In this document: piece by piece, positions 58,494 through 64,000 of the stretch
Position numbering within the stretch: position 1 is the stretch's first letter
How the letters are laid out: each line of letters begins with the position of its first letter
DNA from: Acidiferrobacterales bacterium
GTDB taxonomy: Bacteria; Pseudomonadota; Gammaproteobacteria; Enterobacterales; Alteromonadaceae
NCBI GenBank assembly: GCA_964195425.1
Contig: CAXMOM010000013.1
Location: 70,069 to 134,068 of the forward strand
Direction of reading: 5' to 3'
Length of the DNA: 64,000 bases
Program-made: the position numbers and the translations under genes
Notes under the pieces: generated by a model
Seen by the model: the letters and a program-made list of their open reading frames with translations, nothing else
What the model was told of the DNA's origin: nothing
Databases searched by the model: none

Positions 58494-59118
58494 TTGGACA
58501 ATCACCTCAGCGGATGTATTTAGTCAGGGACCCGTGGTACCTGTACTTGTGATAGAAAAAGTAGAAGATGCCTTACCTATTGCCAGAGCTCTTTTGGAAG
58601 GTGGTATAAATGTACTTGAAGTAACTTTGCGTACGCAAGCTGCACTAGCCGTCATAGAAATTATTGCTAAAGAACTGCCAGAGGCTTACATTGGTGCGGG
58701 TACCGTAACTAACAGAGAGCAATTAAAAGCCGTTACTGATGCAGGCGCTAAGTTTGCTATTAGCCCTGGCTTAACCGCTGATTTGTTAGCCGCTGGACGT
58801 GAAGGCACTATTCCGCTTATTCCTGGTGTATCAAACATTTCTGATTTAATGAAAGCAAATGATGCCGGTTACGATCATCTTAAGTTTTTCCCAGCAGAAG
58901 CCGCTGGCGGCGTAAAAGCACTTAAGTCGATAGGAGGTCCTTTTCCTAATACCGTTTTTTGTCCTACTGGCGGCATAGGCCCAGATAACTACAAAGAATA
59001 CCTAGCATTGCCAAATGTGCGCTGTGTTGGCGGGTCGTGGGTTGCTCCCAACGACGCGATTGAAAACAAGCAGTGGCACATACTAACTGAGTTAGCAAAA
59101 CTCGCAATATCCATTTAA
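58480..59118 (+). CDS. eda: KDPG aldolase
   Basis: LEVTLRT, GAGTV, ISPG, LKFFPAE, FCPTGGI. Confidence 0.97.
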   Translation: MMMNNWTITSADVFSQGPVVPVLVIEKVEDALPIARALLEGGINVLEVTLRTQAALAVIEIIAKELPEAYIGAGTVTNREQLKAVTDAGAKFAISPGLTADLLAAGREGTIPLIPGVSNISDLMKANDAGYDHLKFFPAEAAGGVKALKSIGGPFPNTVFCPTGGIGPDNYKEYLALPNVRCVGGSWVAPNDAIENKQWHILTELAKLAISI

Positions 59119-59178
59119 TAGTGGATAAACGCTTTTTGGTGGCTCATGTTTTAGCACATGAGTAATATTTGTTTGAAT

Positions 59179-59213
59179 AAAAAACCCGACTGCAATAAGC
59201 CGTCGGGTTTTTT
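59179..59213. terminator. Bidirectional terminator between eda and yeaD
   Basis: AAAAAACCCGAC-N11-GTCGGGTTTTTT. Confidence 0.85.
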
Positions 59214-59267
59214 GTATCTTAGCGGTACATCTTTGCATATATGACTTCAAAGATGTTTAAAAGATGT

Positions 59268-60236
59268 TTAAAAAATCTTTTGTGACAGCTTGTGAATCTG
59301 ATTAGCTACCAGTAACAATGGGTGCTCGGCATTTGCAGTATTAGCAGCCTCTATACAGAGCATTGTTCTATAGCCATTGTTTTCCATATCGTTCATGCTT
59401 TTAGACTTATCTTTCCATGGGTTCCATACAACGGTCGAATCATGGCCACTTTGTTCAATTCTTTGCATAGTCGAGTGTGGTTGAACGGGGGAATCGCTGC
59501 CGCCAGATTTAATGATTTTTATCGTTTGTTTACGTGAGTAGTGGGCGTGCTGAAAAGCATGGATTCTATCCACCTCTTGGGTAAATCTATACTCGTTCGG
59601 GGCGTCATTATTGGTGGTGCTTGTCAGCTTATCATCATAGAGTGTATTCGCACCTTTGAGTATAATTTGACTAATATTGTCGACTAAAAAGTAGGCATGC
59701 AAAGCTTGCGTTAGTGCAACAGTTTCCTCGCCTTTATTTATGGTGATAATATCGACGGTAAGGGTGTCAGATAAGGTCACGACCAGTTTCATATCGATAT
59801 TTGAATAACCATATTGTTTTGTATTAAAAGGCCTTAGAGTTACTTTAGTATTTATCACCTTATTGCTGTCACTTGTTTCTTCTACTTGCACTAATGCATA
59901 CATTTGAGTACGCGCATATCCATGACTAGGATAATCATCCTGAGTAGCATGGCTGCCGAACCACGGCCAACAAATTGGAATGCCGCCTCTTATTGGTGTT
60001 TTACCATCAAAAATAGCGAGTTTACTCAGCCATAATCTTTCTTTGTTATCAGACTTGTTTACATACGACAAAATATGTCCACCAAACATACTAATTACTG
60101 CGCTACCATATTGGTTTTCTATTGCTAAGCATAAGCCTTGTTCTTGCGTATGCTGAACAATTACGCTGCTTGCTTCGCTAATGATTGACTCGATCTCGTT
60201 CAACATGTCTGCCTGATGCTTAGGGTTACTTTGCAT
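59268..60236 (-). CDS. yeaD: D-hexose-6-phosphate mutarotase
   Basis: GGHILSY, IRGGIPICWPWFG, HGYART, ALHAYF, VVWNPW, MLCIEAA. Confidence 0.9.
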   Translation of the reverse strand: MQSNPKHQADMLNEIESIISEASSVIVQHTQEQGLCLAIENQYGSAVISMFGGHILSYVNKSDNKERLWLSKLAIFDGKTPIRGGIPICWPWFGSHATQDDYPSHGYARTQMYALVQVEETSDSNKVINTKVTLRPFNTKQYGYSNIDMKLVVTLSDTLTVDIITINKGEETVALTQALHAYFLVDNISQIILKGANTLYDDKLTSTTNNDAPNEYRFTQEVDRIHAFQHAHYSRKQTIKIIKSGGSDSPVQPHSTMQRIEQSGHDSTVVWNPWKDKSKSMNDMENNGYRTMLCIEAANTANAEHPLLLVANQIHKLSQKIF

Positions 60237-60339
60237 ATGGTTATGTCCAAATTAATTAGAAATGCTTTTTGTAAGCTCTATAATATTTTAATATGTCGTT
60301 TTCTTTACGGCAAACCCAACTATAGTAAAAATTTAGTAT

Positions 60340-60367
60340 AAAAAAAGCGACTAGGGTCGCTTTTTTA
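60340..60367. terminator. Terminator after gapA
   Basis: A7-GCGAC-TAGG-GTCGC-T7. Confidence 0.8.
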
Positions 60368-60394
60368 TGCAATGTATAGTTTACGCTATCACTA

Positions 60395-61424
<1,030 letters not shown>

Positions 61425-61470
61425 AAATTATGCACAATATTTAGTAATAATGCAAAATAATATTAACATC

Positions 61471-61485
61471 TGTTGTTTTATTACA
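61471..61485. promoter_or_regulatory. HexR operator 2 in the gapA/malQ spacer
   Basis: TGTTGTTTTATTACA (reverse complement TGTAATAAAACAACA). Confidence 0.6.
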
Positions 61486-61655
61486 TATGTTAAGTGCTAA
61501 ATAGCTTTTGCAATCGTATTCACTTTAGTATTCTGTCAACTTGATTAATAATGAGCCCATAGCAACACAATAACGTAACAAATTTAACTTTCGCTCTCGA
61601 GAATTGGGTTTTAGCCCGCCTTAAGAGAGCAAATACCACCCAGGAACTTTATAAA

Positions 61656-63887
61656 ATGACACAGCTAGTTGACTATTTAATTAAGCAAAGAGGAATTGGC
61701 TCTAATTTTGTAGACGCATGGGGAAAACCTGCGACCATAAAACGCGAAACACAGCAAAAGCTTCTGCAAGCCATGGGATACTTGGTAGATGATGAAAGTA
61801 TGCTTACCGCACAGCTTGAAGCCCAAGCCGCTGAATACTGGTTGAATCCATTGGCACCTGTCATAGTTGTAAGGATTGGCGATGTCCTGCGTATTCATAT
61901 GCGCACATCAATCGATAACGCTGCCAAGCTACATTGTGTAAAGTTTGTATTGGAATCGGGTAAATCGGTAACGTACAAGTTTGCCCCCGTAGATACGATG
62001 CTATTGGCATCTCAAGAAATCGACGGTTTGGAATGGCAAGAATACGGAATCGAATTGCCAAAAAGTGTTCAAAAAGATATTTATATGGGTAAAGACAAAG
62101 CCCTTGGCTATCACAACTTGCAGCTTTTGCTGGGCCGGAAAATCGTTGCAAGAAGCCGTTTTATTGTCGCACCAAACCGTTGCTTTATTCCCGACGCGAT
62201 TGAACAAGGCAAAAAAATATGGGGATTGAGTGTACAGCTTTATTGTTTGCGCAGTGAGCGTAACTGGGGGATTGGCGATTTTAGTGACCTTACCACATTA
62301 GTAAAGGAATCGGCTGTTTTAGGTGCTGATTTCATTGGCCTTAATCCGATCCACGCTTTATATCCGGCAAATCCAGATATCTGCAGTCCTTATGGGCCAA
62401 GCTCACGCCGATGGTTAAACTCCTTATACATTGATGCTACCTGCATTGAAGGGTTTGAATCATCGAGCGTACAAAAATGGATGCAAGAAAACGCCATAGA
62501 GCAGAAATTAGATGAACTTCGCGCAACAGATTTTGTTAACTATTCAGGTGTAGCTGAGATTAAGCACAAGGCTTTGGAGTTAATATTTGCTGAATATAAG
62601 AAAAAATATCTAGGCAAAAAAACAGCGCAGAATGAAGCCTTCAAAACCTTTATCAAAGAGGGCGGGACAAGCCTACAAACCTTAGCCATTTTTGAAGCAT
62701 TACAGACCACTTTAAAAAATGAAGGCAAAGAATGTTGGGGATGGCCTGCATTCCCGCAAGAATATAGCAGTGCAGATTTACCCGAAGTTGCAAATTTTGC
62801 GAAAAAAGAAAAGAAACTGGTTGAGTTTTATGTGTTCTTGCAATGGAAAGCTGCCGAACAATTTGCTGCAGCAAGCAATGCTTCCATCGACGCAGGTATG
62901 GAAATCGGTTTATACCGCGACTTAGCGGTGGGCGTAAGTGACGGTAGTGCAGAAATTTGGGGAAATAAAGACTTATATTGCACTGATGTAAGTGTTGGGG
63001 CGCCGCCAGATATACTCGGACCTTTAGGTCAGAAATGGGGATTACCTCCTATGGACCCCAACGTTTTACTTGAGCAACAATACCAACCTATTATCGATTT
63101 GTTTGCCTCAAACATGCATGGGTCTGGCGCGCTGCGTATTGACCATGTTATGGCCTTATTGCGTTTGTGGTGGGTGCATAAAGATGACGATGCAACCGAA
63201 GGCGCATATGTCAATTATCCGGTAGATGATTTGCTTGCCATTTTGGCACTAGAAAGCGTTCGTAATAAAAGTTTGGTAATAGGTGAAGATTTGGGCACGG
63301 TCCCCGATTCGATCCGTGATAAATTGCAGGCCAATGGCATGTATTCGTATAGAGTCTTCTTTTTTGAACAAGCAAAAGACGGCGGATTCTTCTCCCCTTC
63401 ACATTACCCAATACAGTCTATGGCAACGTTAACCACTCACGATATGCCAACCTTAAGCGGTTATTGGCACTGCGATGATTTAGCCTTAGGAAAAGAAGTT
63501 GGTTTATACCCAGATCCTGAAATGTTGAGTGGTTTGTATGATATTCGCCATGAAAATAAGCAGCATATACTAGATAGCTTGCATGGACATGGCTCCATTT
63601 CTAGCGAAATCAGCGACGACGTTCATCACGTAGGTATGACAAGCGAACTCAATTCTGGCATGCAAACCCACATGGCAGCAGGTTCAAGCGCCTTGCTTAG
63701 CTTGCAACTAGAAGATTGGTTGCAAATGGATAAACCTGTTAATATTCCGGGTACTTACAGTGAATATCCTAATTGGCGTCGTAAACTCACTCTGAATCTG
63801 GAAGATGTTTTTACAAAACTTGAAGTCAGAGCACTTGCGAAGCAATTAAGTGAACGCCGCAAGGGTGCCAGTAGTCAAGTCGATTAG
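61656..63887 (+). CDS. malQ: 4-alpha-glucanotransferase (amylomaltase, GH77)
   Basis: WGIGDFSDL, GLNPIHAL, LYRDLAVG, GAPPD, LRIDHVMAL, GEDLG, THDMPTL, NWRRKL. Confidence 0.97.
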   Translation: MTQLVDYLIKQRGIGSNFVDAWGKPATIKRETQQKLLQAMGYLVDDESMLTAQLEAQAAEYWLNPLAPVIVVRIGDVLRIHMRTSIDNAAKLHCVKFVLESGKSVTYKFAPVDTMLLASQEIDGLEWQEYGIELPKSVQKDIYMGKDKALGYHNLQLLLGRKIVARSRFIVAPNRCFIPDAIEQGKKIWGLSVQLYCLRSERNWGIGDFSDLTTLVKESAVLGADFIGLNPIHALYPANPDICSPYGPSSRRWLNSLYIDATCIEGFESSSVQKWMQENAIEQKLDELRATDFVNYSGVAEIKHKALELIFAEYKKKYLGKKTAQNEAFKTFIKEGGTSLQTLAIFEALQTTLKNEGKECWGWPAFPQEYSSADLPEVANFAKKEKKLVEFYVFLQWKAAEQFAAASNASIDAGMEIGLYRDLAVGVSDGSAEIWGNKDLYCTDVSVGAPPDILGPLGQKWGLPPMDPNVLLEQQYQPIIDLFASNMHGSGALRIDHVMALLRLWWVHKDDDATEGAYVNYPVDDLLAILALESVRNKSLVIGEDLGTVPDSIRDKLQANGMYSYRVFFFEQAKDGGFFSPSHYPIQSMATLTTHDMPTLSGYWHCDDLALGKEVGLYPDPEMLSGLYDIRHENKQHILDSLHGHGSISSEISDDVHHVGMTSELNSGMQTHMAAGSSALLSLQLEDWLQMDKPVNIPGTYSEYPNWRRKLTLNLEDVFTKLEVRALAKQLSERRKGASSQVD

Positions 63888-63966
63888 GTATCTCGATTGG
63901 CTATGTTTAATCGAAACAACATACTAACCAACAGTAGAGCGACAAGCACAATGAAGAGGTTTTTAA

Positions 63967-64000
63967 ATGCATTTTGAGCAACAACTTTTAGATGGTCGCT
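63967..64000 (+). CDS. 5' end of the next gene (MHFEQQLLDGR..., possibly glgB by context)
   Basis: GAGG SD then ATG, open to the window end; too short to identify. Confidence 0.35.
   Translation, partial: MHFEQQLLDGR

Overview
This is a core-genome window with no mobile elements, most likely from a marine Alteromonadaceae (Glaciecola/Paraglaciecola-like; inferred from gene order and protein similarity, not a database search). In order it contains: the 3' part of carB and greA; a BicA-like SulP transporter; the lnt-corC-ybeY-ybeZ-miaB operon; ubiF; an alanine/glycine symporter; a Met-Leu-Gln-Gln-Gln tRNA operon; the ychF-pth-rplY-prs-tRNA(Gln)-ispE-lolB / hemA-prfA-prmC-ychQ-kdsA supercluster; two divergently transcribed monomeric NADP-isocitrate dehydrogenases; a membrane class III nucleotide cyclase; purB-hflD-mnmA-rluE; cspD / clpS-clpA; infA-bpt-aat-trxB; yfbV, sprT, sppA and ydjA; and a complete HexR/Entner-Doudoroff block (pykA, hexR, zwf-pgl-edd-glk-eda, yeaD, gapA) followed by malQ. 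I found no transposase, integrase, CRISPR array, rRNA or defence island, and cannot support a large new multi-gene system here. The best leads are local: (1) a head-to-head pair of monomeric IDHs from two different subtypes, with a palindrome-rich 644-bp spacer; (2) a cyanobacterial BicA-like transporter next to the bicarbonate-consuming carB; (3) a probable CTG start codon for the essential lnt; (4) a cyclase lacking the catalytic Asn; (5) a Pth with a rewritten active-site loop; (6) a Lys-codon run at the end of zwf whose -1 frame reads into pgl; (7) three HexR boxes; and (8) several small unannotated ORFs.
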